Shown piece after piece: positions 20,883 to 35,679 of a stretch of 64,000 nucleotides of DNA. Positions within the stretch are counted from its first letter, which is position 1. The number at the start of each line of letters is the position of its first letter. The stretch is from Lama guanicoe (Eukaryota). Below the pieces are notes generated by a model that was not told where the DNA came from, did not search any database, and worked only from the letters and a program-made list of their open reading frames with translations. The position numbers and the translations under genes were made by a program. The stretch lies in contig MU054001.1 in the NCBI GenBank assembly GCA_013239625.1, positions 7,696,746-7,760,745 on the forward strand. Direction: 5' to 3'.

Positions 20883-23800
20883 TCCTGGGACAGTCTCATC
20901 CCTTTGCTTATAGATGAGATGCTGAATCCCGAGAGGCAGAACGAGGCGCTGGTTGAGCTGGGGGTGGAGCCAGTGTCTCCTGCCTCCCAGGCCCAGCACC
21001 TTCACAACTCAGGCCCTCTCCTCGCCTGACAGGCTCCATGTCAATTTTAGACATCAGAAACACCGCCAGGGGCTTTCGAATGAGTTCCTTACGCAGGGAA
21101 ATATTTGTCTTGGATTATGTGACAGAGCAGGGAAAGATTCGTCCTCACTTTGTCCCTGTGATTATGTCAACGGCCCCACTCTGCCTTGGAAGTGCAGGCG
21201 AGCTCTTCTGGGCTGCCTAACCCCTCACCCTCTGCTCTGATTCCCCGTGTATCTATCGTGCTGTCCCTCAGACAGTAGAGTGTGAGTTGCCTTTGCCGAG
21301 TGTTGGTCCCTGTTTGCTGGGGAGAGTGAGGGAAGCTGTGTCCCCCCGGCCTGCGGCGTCGGGCCTTGAGTCTGGAGAGCGCTCATGGCGGTCCCACAGG
21401 TCACTGTCGGAGGACCTGGCACGTATTGCAGGGCCTGCTGTGGAGGCAGTGCTCTGTGATTCTTGAATTTACAGAAGATCAGATACTACTTTCTGGTTGT
21501 TGGTAAATTGGAAGAGAAGATGCCAGATAATTGATAAAAAGAATGTCCAGACCAGCCCTGTGAGTGACAGGCACAGGGGACCCAAGTCCCACCTGCGTGT
21601 GGTGCCTGGCGGGCTGTGGATGAATTTTCAGTTACTCCCGGGACATGCCTTTATGGCTTAAGGAAGGGCCAGTCATGTGGTGGCCATGATATTTACTTGT
21701 CATCACAGGGACCTGTGATCTACATGCCAGTGCTCCCCTTCTGCTCCTTGGAGATGAGCTGGCAGGTTTACAAGCCTGGGCAATGCTGATGTCACAGCTG
21801 CAAGCATCGTGCTACACAGAGGATGGCTCCATTCACCTCACCTGTCACCTCCTGCTGAGGACCCAGGCATCAGTGAAGGTAGGTGCATTGGTGCAACGTA
21901 AGCAGGTACCATCTTCTCCCCCTAGACAGACTGGTGGGTGAGCTGTGGAAGCCTAGAGCCCTGCCCCAGCCCCCAGGCCAGTGCCTCCTCTTTTGTCATA
22001 GGAGGCACTGGTGACATTTTTGCTCAGTAAATGCTTGGCTCTGAGTCTGCAGAACCATCCAGAGAATGCCAGCTTGTTTTTTTCCTTTTGAAGTCTGCCC
22101 TTGGGATTTGGCAGAGTAGCTGGATGTGTGCTTAGCCAGTAGTGGTTGACACTGTCACCATTGTTTACCCAGAACCTCGTGTACCAGGCATGGGACTCGG
22201 CATCAAAATACAGCAGTGGATTTAACCTCCCTCCTGGTGGGCCTATCTTGGTACCAAAAGCGCTCATCCAGCATCTGAACTTCAGTGAGAAACGTGTCCA
22301 GTGAGCTTGGGTCAAGCACTTTCTCCTCCAGTCACTTTTACTCCGTTGTTGCTTTTACTATTCCACAGTCATTAATTTTTAAAACAATGCTTTTGTCCAG
22401 GAGCAGAGCCTAATTCTCTCCTGCTACTCTTGGTGGGAGTGCGTAAAACTGTCCAGCCTGAAATGTGACCACATTTTGTGGTTCAAAAGCTGCCTAGACG
22501 CAGGTAGGTGGAGTTTTGGTTAGGGGCGCTGACCACGTTGGGGTCCCCTGGCAGCGCCGGTCCCTTCAGACCCCTGCCTTCCCTGGAGCAGGAGGTGAGA
22601 GTGTGTCTCAACGTCCACGCTTCCCTGGCCTCACACACTCTCGTAAATTCTTGTACAGGCTGTCAAAGTCATTTATGTTCTTGTGTGTTTCTAATTTTCT
22701 CTTGTTCCTCTTTTACTTTATCTTTATTCCTTTTTCTCTTGTACTGCCCTGTGAGTATGTTGTTGCTTCTGAAAATGTGGGCTAAGCACATCCTGCATTG
22801 GAAATAGCCAGATCGCCCTCCATGCTGTCTCCATATCTTTAAAAAGCAAAAACTTAACAGCTGCCTTGATCCATGTATTATCCTAGTCATCTTTTTATTT
22901 TCTAATTTTTGGAATATTTGCTTTGTTAGCACATCACCCACTGGTATTTGACACCTGTTTAAATCCTTGCTTTTAGGAACCTGTTTGGTCTTCCTTATAT
23001 TTGGTGACAAATGCAAACTTCTTAAATTTGTTTGATTGTTTTGAAGAAGTGAGATGCGAATTGATACAGGCGGCTGCTGAGGGATTCGTTTCATGGTGTA
23101 TTTAAAATTGCAATGTCAGATTCTGCAGCATCTTGCTCGATTCCTGCTTTTACACAAACGTGCTTGGCACGCGGCTCCTGGCTGTCGCTGTGTGACGTGC
23201 TTGACGGCGCTGCCTGGCCTGCGGTCAATGGTGAGAAAGTGGCAGGCTCGGGGTTGAGCAGCTGCAGGGGACAATGTTCAAGGAAGCAGTCACCGTTTGG
23301 TTATTTAATTTTATATTTTTTTGCATTCAACATCCCTGTGCCATTTACTTTTCTTTGCCTTCATAAAGGGGCAGAAGCGGGTCTAAAATCCATGCCACTC
23401 TTTTGTTCCCTTTATGAGGCTGGCTTTTCTGAGTATCAGGACAACATGGCCTTCTCCTAAGTAGATGGCTCACCTGGACTGGTGGACACAGGGATTGCTA
23501 AAGGGGACCGTAGCTTCCTCTCTGCTACAGCCAGTGGACATTCAGAGCCGGATCTGTGGTTTGCCTCAGCAGCCATGCAGGCCTCCCTGCCCCAGCCTTT
23601 ATTTTAAACCATGTTGGCAGTAAATAACTGACTCCGTGTCTGTTGCAGCTGACGTCCGCCACTGACGGACTTGTGGTTAATTTGCCGTAGGGAGAACCCA
23701 ACACCCCAGTCAACCGTGAAAGAAAATGCTTTGGCCGACCTAGGGCCTTGGATTCTCACCCCTACCCTGGTTCATCTCACCCGGGGGAAGGGTTTGGCCA

Positions 23801-26800
23801 CCACCATCATGCTGTCCATGAGGCCTTGTTTCTCCTTTCATGCTCTGGTCCAAATGTGGACCCTTCATTTTTCACTGAATTTGTCTCGCTTGGGACAGGT
23901 GAGAATATCTGAAAGAGTCCATCACATTCTCGGGGGGAACAGAACAGAAGTAAGTATCGCAAGTAGATGGAGACTAGGCTGTCCGGGTTGGCAAATGCAG
24001 GCTGGGATCTGTGATGCCCGGGCTGTGCCCTGGACACAGGCCTTTCCCGTGGCTCCCAAGAGCCCAGGGGTCGGATTGAGAACAGCCTTTCCTGGGATCC
24101 TCCAACTTCATCTGCTCACTGGCAAGTGTGTCTGCAGGTTAGAAGCTCCCCTAGACCTCTGGCCCTTCAAAGCTCAGACCATGGGAGAACCTTGAGTCCC
24201 TTCTCCTCGCCCTCCTGTGTGAGAATCCAGTGCCTTCTGTGGTGACCCGTGGCAGGAGATGCCTCCTCCTTCAGGGAGCACCATTCGGAGGACTGTTAGT
24301 CAGTGCACCATGCTGCGAGCTTGTGGGGTTACGGCCATGGTCCCTGCAGAACCATACTTGAGATGGGCTTAGCAACAGAAATAATAGTACTGATTCCAGG
24401 GCAGGGATTGGGTGAGGGAACAGTGGAAATTGAATGTGACCTCAAACACACAGGTGGGTGCTGGGGCTGTTACTCTAATGGGGAATCTGGGAGGTACCTT
24501 CCAGGAATCGAATTCCAGAGTAAATGGTGGACATTTGGCATTTTTAAGATGCCATTGTCTTCCAAGTTAGAACTTCAAAGAAGCACTCGTTTCTATGACC
24601 ATGGGGCTCAGGTGAAGGAGCCGGACTAGGGATACACGTTGGGAGTCGTCATTCTTAGCTGGTGTTCACAGCCTTGCATGTAAATTAGATCATCTCGGGA
24701 GCAGCAGACTGAGGCTGAGGGGGAGCAAGGCTGTACCTGGGTTGGAGGAAAGCCCAGACCATGCAGCTTTGGTGTGTCAGTCAGTGGCGTTTGCGATTTT
24801 CTGAGTAATGCCGTTTATCCTTAAGGGGCCGGGCGTTGGGCAGGGCCAGCCAGGAAGAAATCTGAAGGGAGGGTCCTGGCCACTTGTGTATCTTGGGAAG
24901 ATGCAGACTCTGCAGGGTGCGGGATGGTAGACTTCTTAAAAGATGGATTTGGAGTAGGGAGTGGGGAGAAGGTAGTCACACTCACCTGTGAGGGAGGGAG
25001 GGGGTCCTTGGGAGTCCCCACCCTACCTGACTCGCTTGCCCATGAACAGAAGGCAATCAGATAGAGGATCTGAGGTGAGAAGGGATGGGCGCTGGGAGGG
25101 GAGCCAACCTGGAGAATGGTGCTTGGAAATTTCTGGAATAGTCTCCCTGAAAAATAGAGTTAAAAATACCCAGACTCTTAAGAACATTGATAGTGCCTTG
25201 GGAGGAGGCAGTTGTTTTTGTGTCCTCCTAAGTGTAAGGCATTTATCCGGGGATACACAGAAGATACGGGCAGTCTGTTCCAGGGGCTTGATCCTTACCA
25301 GGGGGAACAGTGCAAGTTTAAAGGGGAAGAAGGGCAGCAGAGGGGAACTAGCCAGGCCCCGTGTCAGGTACCAGTCGGCCGCCCTACTTGCGTGTTGCAT
25401 TCTCATCCATGCCTCCCCGGTGGGCGGTGGCAGCCCCCTTTTGCAGATTGGGAAGCCTTCTCAGAGCGGTTTAGGAATTGGTCCATTTAGCAGTTAGTAA
25501 ATGCTGTAGCAATATTCAAGCAGGGCCTTGTCAGAATTCAAGGGCATGTTTTCTCTGCTAATTCCGGTACCTCCCTGTTATACCTGGAATGGTGAAGTGG
25601 GTCAATTTTGGAGCCTTCCAGAAAAAGTGCGATTTAAGTGCCTCAGGACTGTTTCACAAAGCTCAGTGTTCTTTGATGGTTCTGAAGCACCGCAGTGCTT
25701 TACGCCCCACAGAGGTAAGGTCTTACTCCTTTGACGATGATGTGGTTGCAAATGATGTACATGTGCAAAACCAGACTTACCAGCTTCTGAAGAGAAGCTC
25801 TCCAGTTCTCCCTTGATCGGCTTTCTTCCACGGGATGTAACTGTGCTGCAGTGAAGGCCTGAGCTTTCCGTATGGAGTGAGGGTTTGATATCCAAAGTTA
25901 GCATAAAACGGTCAGATGAAGAAAATCGACGTTGACAATTTTTTTTTGGTTTCATTAGTCAAGATATACTATCAGTTAATGACCCATATAGCAAATGAAA
26001 TTGAGTACAGGAAATTGCATTTCTTACTTTCTATTTAGAGTTCTCTTACAGCATATGGTTGCCAGCTTTGGAACATCATCTCCACCACTAGCGCACCTGT
26101 CAGTGTGTTGGTGTGATTGCATTTACACAGTGAATGTAATCTGGGCTTCCTCAGCCCCAAACACTCCAGTGCAGAATCACGGGCTGTAGCCATCACTTAG
26201 TCATGCAAATACTTCTAAAATTATATGATGCCAGAAAAGAAAGAAGAGAGAGAGACAGATTGCCTTTATCAAAGTTCCTTTCAATTTTAACTGCAAACTG
26301 TTGTTGAGCAGCTCTGGTTTCCTTTAGATATGAATATATACATTTCTTTGCATGTAACCTGGGATTTGGACTAGAACACCAAGCTCTTGCTGTCCAGAAG
26401 CCACAAAAAATGTAGCCAAATTGCACACATGTGAAATAGTTTATTCTTTTTTCTGAGAAAGAATCCTTGAATTTGGGACTTTGGCTGTGATTTTTGCTTT
26501 TTGCTTCCCCGACCCGTCTTGTAATCTCTCACTCCTTCCCACATGGCCCCCAAAAGGTCGTGGTCTCAAAGGAGTGGGCAAATACCCAGTTGGTCACCAT
26601 ACAGTGCTGCTATATTGGGAGGCCAGCCAAGACCTAAAGGACATTATCAGAGAGTACTTCCTGGAAGAAGTGGGCTCTACATTCAATGTGAGGACGAGTA
26701 AGTGTCAGCCAGGAGAAGGCGTCAAGAGTGTGTCCCAGGTGGCAAGTGAAGCGTGGGCAGATGCCTGGAGGCTTGTGGGGTGGGGACTCAGGGAGAGTGC

Positions 26801-27418
26801 CCTGTGTGATCCAGTGTGGATGGTGCCACTGCTGGGGAGGACACTGGAGAGGGCCTGGGGTGGAGGGCTTTGGAAGGACTTGGGTTTTACTAGAACTGAC
26901 ACAGGAGGTAGTGAAGGGTATTAGCAGGAAGTGACCCTCAAGAAAGGTACTTCTGGTTTTGCTTCTAATATTCTACAGAAAGAAGGATTGGGACGGGCGA
27001 GAGCAGGTATGTCTGTCCCTTTGAAACCCACCCCGTCATTCATTTATTCATAACACTTGCCCTTCTAAGTGTGTAAGGAAGAGAGGTTGGACCCATATTA
27101 ATAAGCAAAATATATTTTCTTCTTGGGGGCTTAGCAGTGTCAGAAGTTGAATTAGCCTAGAATGTTCTAGGAACAGAGGAACAAATTGCGGAAGTTGGAT
27201 GTGGGGAAGGCTTCCTTGGGAAACAGTCAAACTGAGCCCGGAGGCAAGTGGGAATTAGGAGCATGTTAGGGGGACCCTGAGGTCACTGGGTACCTGGGTA
27301 CTGAGGTGAGTTTGGGCAATCAGGGTTGGGGTTGAGGCTGCAACTGGACCAGGAAGCCTCTGAATGTTTGAAGTGGGGGAAATGTAATCAAATTTTTGTT
27401 CTGCGAACGCTGCCCTGG

Positions 27419-27420
<2 letters not shown>

Positions 27421-27452
<32 letters not shown>
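27421..27452. repeat. (GT)16 microsatellite
   Basis: Directly visible. Confidence 0.95.
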
Positions 27453-27454
<2 letters not shown>

Positions 27455-28609
27455 AGCGGGGAGGAGGGAGAGTGTGCCACAAACTGGGGGGACCATTAGA
27501 AAACCATTCACAGGCTGGGGGGCGACCAGTGGGAGAGGGGCATCGGGGCTGCTTGGGGACGGCAGGGGCAGTGTGGATGCCGGATTTCCTTATGGGGAGG
27601 GCTTGTTAGCGGTGCCGCCCTAGCGGCGCCTTTTGGCTGGTAGAAAACAGATGGAGGCCGCCACTTGGATTTTCTTCTCTCCTTCCCTGCCTTGTGTGAT
27701 GATCTTTCCTCAGCCAACATTTGGAAAAAAAAAGAGCTAAGTTCCAATGTAGCCCAGTACTTTGTTGAGCTCGTTCGAGTGAGATCTGATAGGATTTAGG
27801 TTTGCGTTCAGATCTGCATGTTCACTTAACTAGAAACGTCCCATCTTTTGGATTTCCATAGGGGTTTTTATTCTTGATAAAGATTGCTTTCTTGGTGAGA
27901 GGAAATTTAAAACAGCTGTCGTCTTTCTCAAAAAAAGCATATCTTTTTAGAACTTTAATATTCAAAAGAATAGGAATATATAAAATGATAAAGTAAGGCT
28001 TTGGTGTAGTTTCTTTGGTTTCTGAGTTAATGTGGAGTTAGGGCCTCTGCATTACTTAATAGCACCTGCTTGTCAGTATTTAAAGAGCTGTTAGTGAGCG
28101 ACCCAGGTCCCACCTATGAAAGCATCATTAAAGTTTGATCTGAAATAGTGAGGTCATAAACGTCTTGTTTGCAGAAATCAAAAAGCTGGTTTATACTATG
28201 AAGGATAGCTCTCTTTATAAAATAAAAATAGGTTCAAAATTAAGAAAGTGGAAGATAATTGATTTTTTTAAAGCTGAAACATAAAATTTCTTGTGCTAAT
28301 GTGGCAACTGGAAATTTTGATAAGAAAAATCCTTCTGTAATTTCACCTCCGCGGAACACATATATTCCTTTCACGTTTGAAAAGTAACTGCGCAATGGTT
28401 TTCGAAGTCAGGAGAATTCCAGCTCAGTACTGGCAGTGGTGGTTGCTGGTTTTCAATGGAAGAGCCTAAATTTGCCTTCTTAGCTTTTTTTTGTTTCTTT
28501 CTTTGTTGTGAGAGTGCTGACTAGTGCTTTGCCAGCATGATTTTGGGGCAATTTGGGGGCAGATGTCATGTACCAGCAGTGAGATAATTCCATGCATTTT
28601 ATTTTTTGG

Positions 28610-28730
28610 ACATCACCAGGGCACATGTGGGGTTTGTCCCTGCAGGCTGGGATGCTGCAGGACTCCCTGATCCATCAACGTTATGTCTTGGATCTTCTCC
28701 GGTCAGTGAATGATTTTCTGTGGCTTGGAG
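28610..28730 (+). pseudogene. TRAPPC9: TRAPPC9-like exon 3, 5' part deleted
   Basis: [12 protein letters not shown]...[12 protein letters not shown] followed by GT donor; acceptor AG appears mutated to GG at 28608-28609. Confidence 0.92.
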
Positions 28731-29094
28731 GTAATGTGGTCTGATGCAGATGATCAGATGTGCAGTTAAAGTGCTATTACTTGAAATAAGAGTAACCAAG
28801 AAACTTGGCTCTAACAATACAGGATGAGGGAGGAGAATTGACAGCTGCTTGCAGTGGTGAGTCTTCTCAGGTGACTCCCTCACCGTGATTTTTGCCAATA
28901 TCCGCCCCAGCCCTGCACGGTAGTCCTGCTGAAGCAAGCATGAATTTTGCTCAGAAACGCACTGAATTTCCTTGAGCCTCTGTTTGTTGGCTTTTTTTTT
29001 TTTTTGAAAGCACATCATGCCCTTTGCTTAAATGCCATCCATGCTAGTCACCACTTACACTCATTGTTCTGGACCTCTTCCATACATAGCTGCT

Positions 29095-29600
29095 GAATGG
29101 ATGAACAGAATGTAGTATCTCCATGTAGTGGAATATAATTCAGACGTAAGAGAGAATAAAAAAGAAAAAAAGAATAAAGGGGAAGATGAAAAATGCCACC
29201 TGTTCTGGGAAGTCCACCCTGACTGCTCAACCCGGCCTTTTCCCTTTGAAATCCAATCACTTTTGCTCAACTCTACTCTTTTTGATAGTACTTACCACCT
29301 TCTAATAAACTTTAAGATTTTCAAAAAAAAAAAAGAGAGATGCTGTTAACACTTCAACATGGACGAGCCTTGGTAACAGCACGTTAAGTGAAAGGAACCA
29401 GACACAAACGGCCACATATTGTTGATTTTAGTGATCTGAAATGCCCAGAATAGGCGCATGCAGAGGCAGAGAGCAGGTGATGGTTGTAAGGGGCTGGGTG
29501 GAGGGGGGTTAGGGAATGACTGTTAGTGACATGGGGTATCATTTGTGTTGGTGAAGTGTTCTGGAAATAGATCGTAGTGAGGGCTGCACAACCATGAGTG
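29095..29600 (+). mobile_element. Old L1 (L1MB-like) 3' fragment, interrupted at 29156-29332
   Basis: GAATGGATGAACAGAATG..GGAATAT..CAACATGGACGAGCCTTG..AAGTGAAAGGAACCAGACACAAACGGCCACATATTG. Confidence 0.75.
29156..29332 (+). other. Short 5'-truncated retrocopy of an unidentified polyadenylated transcript
   Basis: AATAAA about 12 nt before an A-tract; TSD AAGAGAGA at 29148-29155 and 29333-29340. Confidence 0.65.
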
Positions 29601-30689
29601 TGCAGAAGACTGCTGAGCACTGTCTCTGGGAGTGCCTGTGGTTGTGGCGGCTTTATTTTGTTCTCACCCTGCAATGTGAAGAGTCATCTTGTTCTGTGGC
29701 CTTTGAAATCTTGTGAGTGGTGAAGCTCAGAGATTTGCAGAGTCATGTTTCTTTTCTCCCCCTTGCTGAGTGTAGGTAAAAATGTTTAAGCCTGAGAAAG
29801 TGCTCCATCTGCAGAAATGTCTTTCAGTTTTGCATGGTGTAAAAATCTTGACAGTTTTTAAATCGTTGAGGACAGTCTGTGGGGGAAACAGCCCGTGAAG
29901 CCTGGGTGAGACCCGGAAGAGCCGTGCTTCCCTCCCTGACACGGGTGGGGATTTCATCCCCTTTCAGGCAGTGAAGGGCCCAGACGCGTGTGCGGAGTTG
30001 ACAATCGTGAATATTTACGTGTATCCGTTGCTGCATCTTGGATATTACTTTCAAGCTGAGTCAGTTTGTGGTGGTAGCCTCATCCTACATCAGGAATTTA
30101 TAGTATCTGCTCTTTGAGGTAAAGACCAGACAGACTTGATTATTTAAAATTCTCCCTTGAATTGATATCACAGATTCCTTTGTCAAAAGGAAAACAGCAG
30201 AAATACAGACGTCCTTTAATGCCAATGTGACCTGGATCGGGTTTAGTCTCTGTGCCTCAGTGGCCTTTTCTGCGGGCATGGAAGATGATAACAGTGCTTC
30301 CCTCAGAGAAGCTGGTGAGGGGGGAGTGAGAAGCACAAATTGAGGACTTATACGAGATGCTCATGAATAACCCAATTTCGTGCTCTCAGCCTGGTGAAGC
30401 CTCAGGGGCAGAGATGTCAGAACAGAGCAGTCATAGCCGGAGCTCGATCCGGGTTGGCAGCTGTTATGATCAGTATAACCACTGTGGGTTATCAGGTAGT
30501 TTTAAGACTTGGTAATATGAATTCATGAATAATGTTAGAAGACTAGACATCTCAGATCAAGTTTACATAGTTTTCAAGATTTCCTTTGAGAAATGGATGT
30601 TTTATTCCCCATCTTAAATCTGAGTTGAGTCTCTAAAAAAATTCTGTATTCCTCCATCTTTTTGCTTTAATATCCATTTCTTAAAAAAA

Positions 30690-30777
30690 AAGTTTTTAAA
30701 TGGAGTTATTTTGGACTGAACTGAGGGCTGCATGCATGGTAAGCACATACTCTCCCAAATGAGGTATAATCTCCCCC
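30690..30777 (-). mobile_element. Diverged tRNA-derived SINE
   Basis: TGCATGGTAAGCACATACTCTCCCAAATGAGGTATAATCTCCCCC resembles the copies at 611 and 19186. Confidence 0.6.
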
Positions 30778-33700
30778 ATAATTTTTTTAAAAATTTTCTT
30801 TCTTAGTATTCAGAGGTTAGAGCCCTCTAATTCTTTTTCTGGAGACTTCTCCATGAACCTGTAAATCTATAATTAGTGGACAAGTCTTGGTTTATTATTA
30901 AAATCAGTAGAATATTCTGTAATCCATCCAAAAGGAAATGCTCATTGACTCAAAATGTTTCTCCTTTATGGTGATTTCTTCTTTTTGGTCTAGCTTAATT
31001 TATTAACAGCCATCCTCATCATCATAATGATCAATCTCACTCTGTGTGGTAACCTACCTAAGGCTAAAAGGCTTTCCTCATGTTTTATATCATAGCAGGT
31101 GTTTGAGTGTAGGTATCAGTGTCTCCTGTTTTGCAGCTGAGGGATTGTGAAATGTGGCAGCTTGTCCCAAATCACACGCAGCTGGCAATGGCTAGCTCGG
31201 TGCTGGAATCCAGGCTGTACAGAATGCATTCTTAATTGCTCCTCTAATCAGCCTCCCATTGAGTGGTTTCCCGAAACTTGTGAGTCCATAAATGGCCGAT
31301 TTTAGTAATCTCAGCCTGATGAGGCCTTCAAAGCAGAGACACCAGTGAGAGTGTGAGACATAGTGGCATAAATTAAAATTGTACATTTTCACAAATGTTT
31401 TATTCTCAGGTAATGACTTTAAAAATTGATATTTTTTATTTTAGTTCTCTGTAAGCAGTAAAAACTAAACATTAAAAATAATTATAGTGCAAAAGTGAAG
31501 TGGGCTTTGAAAATCCATCCATTGCTAATGATGCTTCTTGTTTTCCTCTAGTGGCCCTTATTGACAGAAATACTTACAAAGTCTGAATTGGTTTTATGTC
31601 GTCTTAGTATGGAAGAAAAGATTGTCAGTGAATATTATAAGTAAAATCTTTACTTTTTTCTTTCCTGATGATGAATATGTAAGTTGTTTTCATGTCTTAA
31701 GTACATTTCCTCATTTGTGAAATTTGAGTAATATCGTTTACCTCTCTAACTGTGAGAGTTAGACTCCTTGTATATAAAGAACCCAAGAGGTACTTAATAA
31801 AAATGTGCTGTAACAATGACAGATATTTTAGAAGGATGAACTCTGAATACTAAAGAGGGTGGCTTGTAACTGATGCATATTCAATAAGTATTTATATGAT
31901 ATATATGAATATGGCTTAAAGTAACTCGAATTCTTTTTTTTTTGGTGCAGTATGAAGTTTTAATGAAATCTGCATCATTCTAGTGAGACAGGGTCTAGTT
32001 AAATTGTCTTAAGCAGATGGCCTTGAAGATTATTTTCACAGAATATGTATTGTTACAACTCAGAATTCATGTTGCCGTGAAACCATCCACTCAGATTTTT
32101 AAATTCCTGGGATTCTGACCAGATTCATTAAGTTTAGAAAAATCCACATTGATAATTTTCAAGGAATAAGCTTCTCCCATTTGTGATTAAAGAAAATTTT
32201 GATTTTTTTCCTGCAATCTTAACAGGTTGAAAATATTAAAACATTGATTTGACATGACACTTTTGTAATAGAATAAAGCTCATGGTGTTTAAATATGTAA
32301 ATAAATGATTTTGTATTTCAACAAACTTGTATGATTTCCTGGCTCTCTGAGAAGTATTTTGCAAGATACTTAGATTACCTACTGTTGGAAAAATACAGAC
32401 GTGACTTTTATGAATATAGGCCTAGTAAAGATCTGTTGGTTTTTGCTACAGTGTAAGACATGAGGCCTAGGAGATTTTTCCTGCTGATTGCCAGGAGGAC
32501 AGATTCCAGGTCTCAGTCTCCTCTCCTGTAAAATGAAGTGGCTGGACTGGATTCTTTCCTCTTCTAAGATGAGTTTCCATGAGCCTATGTCTTTTGTTTA
32601 TATTCAGTAGTATTAGCAATATCAGATTAAATGCTGAATACCCCTCGCCTCCCCCAAAGCAAAGTGCAGTATGTGCTACATAAGCTTTTACTTACCTGAT
32701 TCTCGTTTCTGATCCTACAGGCAATTATTGTGTTGCATGTTTCGCGATAACCTGGAAGGTATTTTTAGCCATAGGTGGCGCTGTTGCACCTTCTTACAGT
32801 CTTAACTTTCCTGTTTGTAAAAGAAGGCTTAAACAACGTTATTTTATTATAATTCCTTTGCTTTAAGCTTCAGAATAGCACAATGTCCATTATGTCCGTC
32901 TACCTGGAAAAATTACTCTGCTTATATCTTAGTTTTATTCTGTCATCTCGCTGTGAACATTTCAGACTTGCTGTGCAAACAATGGCAAAATCGGACTTTT
33001 CTTCCAGTGTTAGAAACCAGTGAGCCGGGATTTTATAAAACAGCTAGAAGCGGCGTCTGGAGCACCTTAAAGCTGAAAAGTGTACTGAGTTCCCTGAGTA
33101 TTGACTCCGCCGCTGTGTGTTAATTGGTTGTAGGAGATTTGGTACATATACGAAGGGGTGTAGTTTTTTGACTTGGGTTTGCGTGCACGTGCTGCATGAG
33201 CCACGTTGAGTCAGTTCGTTCTGAGTTTTTCCCTCGTCTGTGAGATGGGGACGCTCATATCTGCTTTGTAGAATTGTGAGAATTAGAAATTATGTAAGTG
33301 TTTACCACAGTTGGTATGTCAATAGGGCTCATAAACTTTAGCTGCTGTTTTGTGTGAAGCCATCATTTGATTGTCTTCGGCAATTACTAAGAAACAGGGA
33401 AATAAGAAAAGCTGGTTTTATGATGAAAGATATTTGAGGAGGTTCCATAGTTCCTATAACCATAATTTAGCATCAGCAGAGTCAGAACTGTTACACAGTC
33501 GCCCTGAACCAACGTTAAGCCACAGAATTTTTTTGTTACTTCATATATGTTGTGGCTTAAAGGGATCCAATACTTATACACATGTTGTCTCCAGCAGCGA
33601 ACTGAGAGATGACACAAAAGAGAAGGCAGGCAATATATGTCTTCTTTGTTACTGATGAAGACACGTTCTCCATGAACTTCAGGGCTGTGGGAAAATGCTT

Positions 33701-35679
33701 GTCATGATACTGTGTTCCAGAAGTGGAGATTCACACTTTCCCATGTAGCTCTCGGCCACAGCAAGCCTTCCATTAAGGGGACCTGCCCCTTCCTACACAG
33801 GGCTGTCCTGCCATAGAGCTGAGCATCCCAGGTGCTTCCCAAGGGTGGCCAACAATGGAGGGAAAAGAAGGGTTTCACATGCCATGCTTGTCTCCCCAGA
33901 CTCACACCTCACTCAGTTTGTGTGATGAGGGCTAGCTGTGGGCCAGGGGCCAGGGGTAAGAAGGAAGAAGCACTCTCCGTGGCCCAGAGGAGTAGGGAGG
34001 AGGTATCCCCTCACTTAGTTTAAACAGGTGCTGGGATGGAACATAAGGGTGCCCCCCAAGAGTTTATAAGAGGGGAAATAAGGATTTCCTTTGGGACTTA
34101 GACTAACCAGGAAACACAGAAGATGATTAGAAAGGAGACTTGTAAATCACTTGAATATTAAGTTGACATTTGTTGAGAACCAAAAATGTGCTACATTCTT
34201 TTCTGAGAGTTTTACAGAAATGAATCCTTCTATCGTCTCAACAAGCGAGTTAGGAAGGTTTGATTGTTATCCGAGGTTTACAGTGTGGAAATTGAGGCAC
34301 CTTGGTAAGTTGGCCAAGGTCACGGAGCTAGTAAGTGGCCAGAGCTGGTATTTAAACCCTGGCTGTCGGGGTTTGAGGCTCCCAGAGATGGGTTTGTGTA
34401 TTTAGAGGTATCTGCATCCCTGGATCTCTGTACCTCTGTGCATCAGTTAGTCCATTGAGTTAATCTAGAAACCCTTCCTGCTCTGCTTCTGTCCACACTT
34501 GCCATGTGACTGCCTGCCCGTTATCGGGCAGTGGAGGAGAAAATGTACTCATGGTTGAACTCTGATATTTCAGTCTGGTTCATAGTTTCACGTCTTCTGT
34601 TACATTAATAAGTTAAGTTTCTGGTTTTCTTGCATCAGTGTTTCATGAGTTTGGTTAATGTGAAACGACTCCATGGGAGCCCAGGGGTGCTGACGGTATA
34701 ATTTCTGAGCACGTTGTGGCACTTCTACCCATGCAGACATGGCTGGAGGATATCCGCCTTCCTCACTGATTTCCCCCAACAGCAGGGTCCTCTCCAACCC
34801 CCGGATGTGAGGCTGGGAGCTCTCTGAGTAGGCCAGTCAGAGGACAAGTCCACCAATCAGAAAATGATGAAGTACATGGAAGTGGGTTTAATAGAAGAAA
34901 AGGGCTTCCAGGTAGTCTGATGGGCTGTTCATGACCGTTTCGTGAAAAGCTGTCCACTGTCTGTGGTTGAGCTGCTGCTTTGCTGTTGAAAAGTCTGGAT
35001 TAGATGAAGGGATTTTAAAAAGCAGAAAGGAATGATTTCAGGTGGTACGTCCACGACAGTGAGAAGTGGTGGATGACCGCCTGTTTGAGGCATAGACAGA
35101 GTCTTACAAAGTTCATAAAACAGCTTTAAAAGCTCTTCCATCTGGTGCACTTCATAAGGGGCCCAGTTCATGACTGGGCTTGCTGAGAGGGCAAGTAATT
35201 GATAATGGCTGAAAGGACACGGAGGCATCAAAATGGTCTCAGTCATGTTCCTTGTTTAAAGGATGTGGCACAGTGTAATATATTTCAGCTAGTTTTTCAC
35301 TGAAACATCTTTAGTGTTTTCTGGGTCTCCCAAGTGCCCCAAGGTTCCGTGCAGCTGGGTGTCCCCTCAGTGCAGCTCTGTCAGCGCTTGCCCTGGGCTG
35401 ACGTGGTGTCACGGGGAGCAGGACGGTCAGCGTCCCCGGCTCCTCCGAGCTCCGTCTCCTCATCCGCAGTGCCGGGTTTCTCATCCGTGTCTACTTAGTA
35501 AGATTGCTGAGAATCACACGTGATGGTTGTCAGTTGTGATTTGTGGTTGTCACTGTGATTGGCATATAGTCAATATTTGATAGATACACTCGTATTTTTA
35601 TTATAATTGTAGCACCTAGAATGCAGTGGTTTTTAGTCTGCATTTTTTACAACTTTATTCTTATTTTTAAATATGCACT

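Noticed and set aside
25602..25955. Minus-strand 117-aa ORF with a GTAAGT donor at 25780
   Set aside because: No recognisable homology or partner exons.
32767..32784. CTCF-like motif GCCATAGGTGGCGCTG
   Set aside because: One base short of the core consensus; unsupported without binding data.
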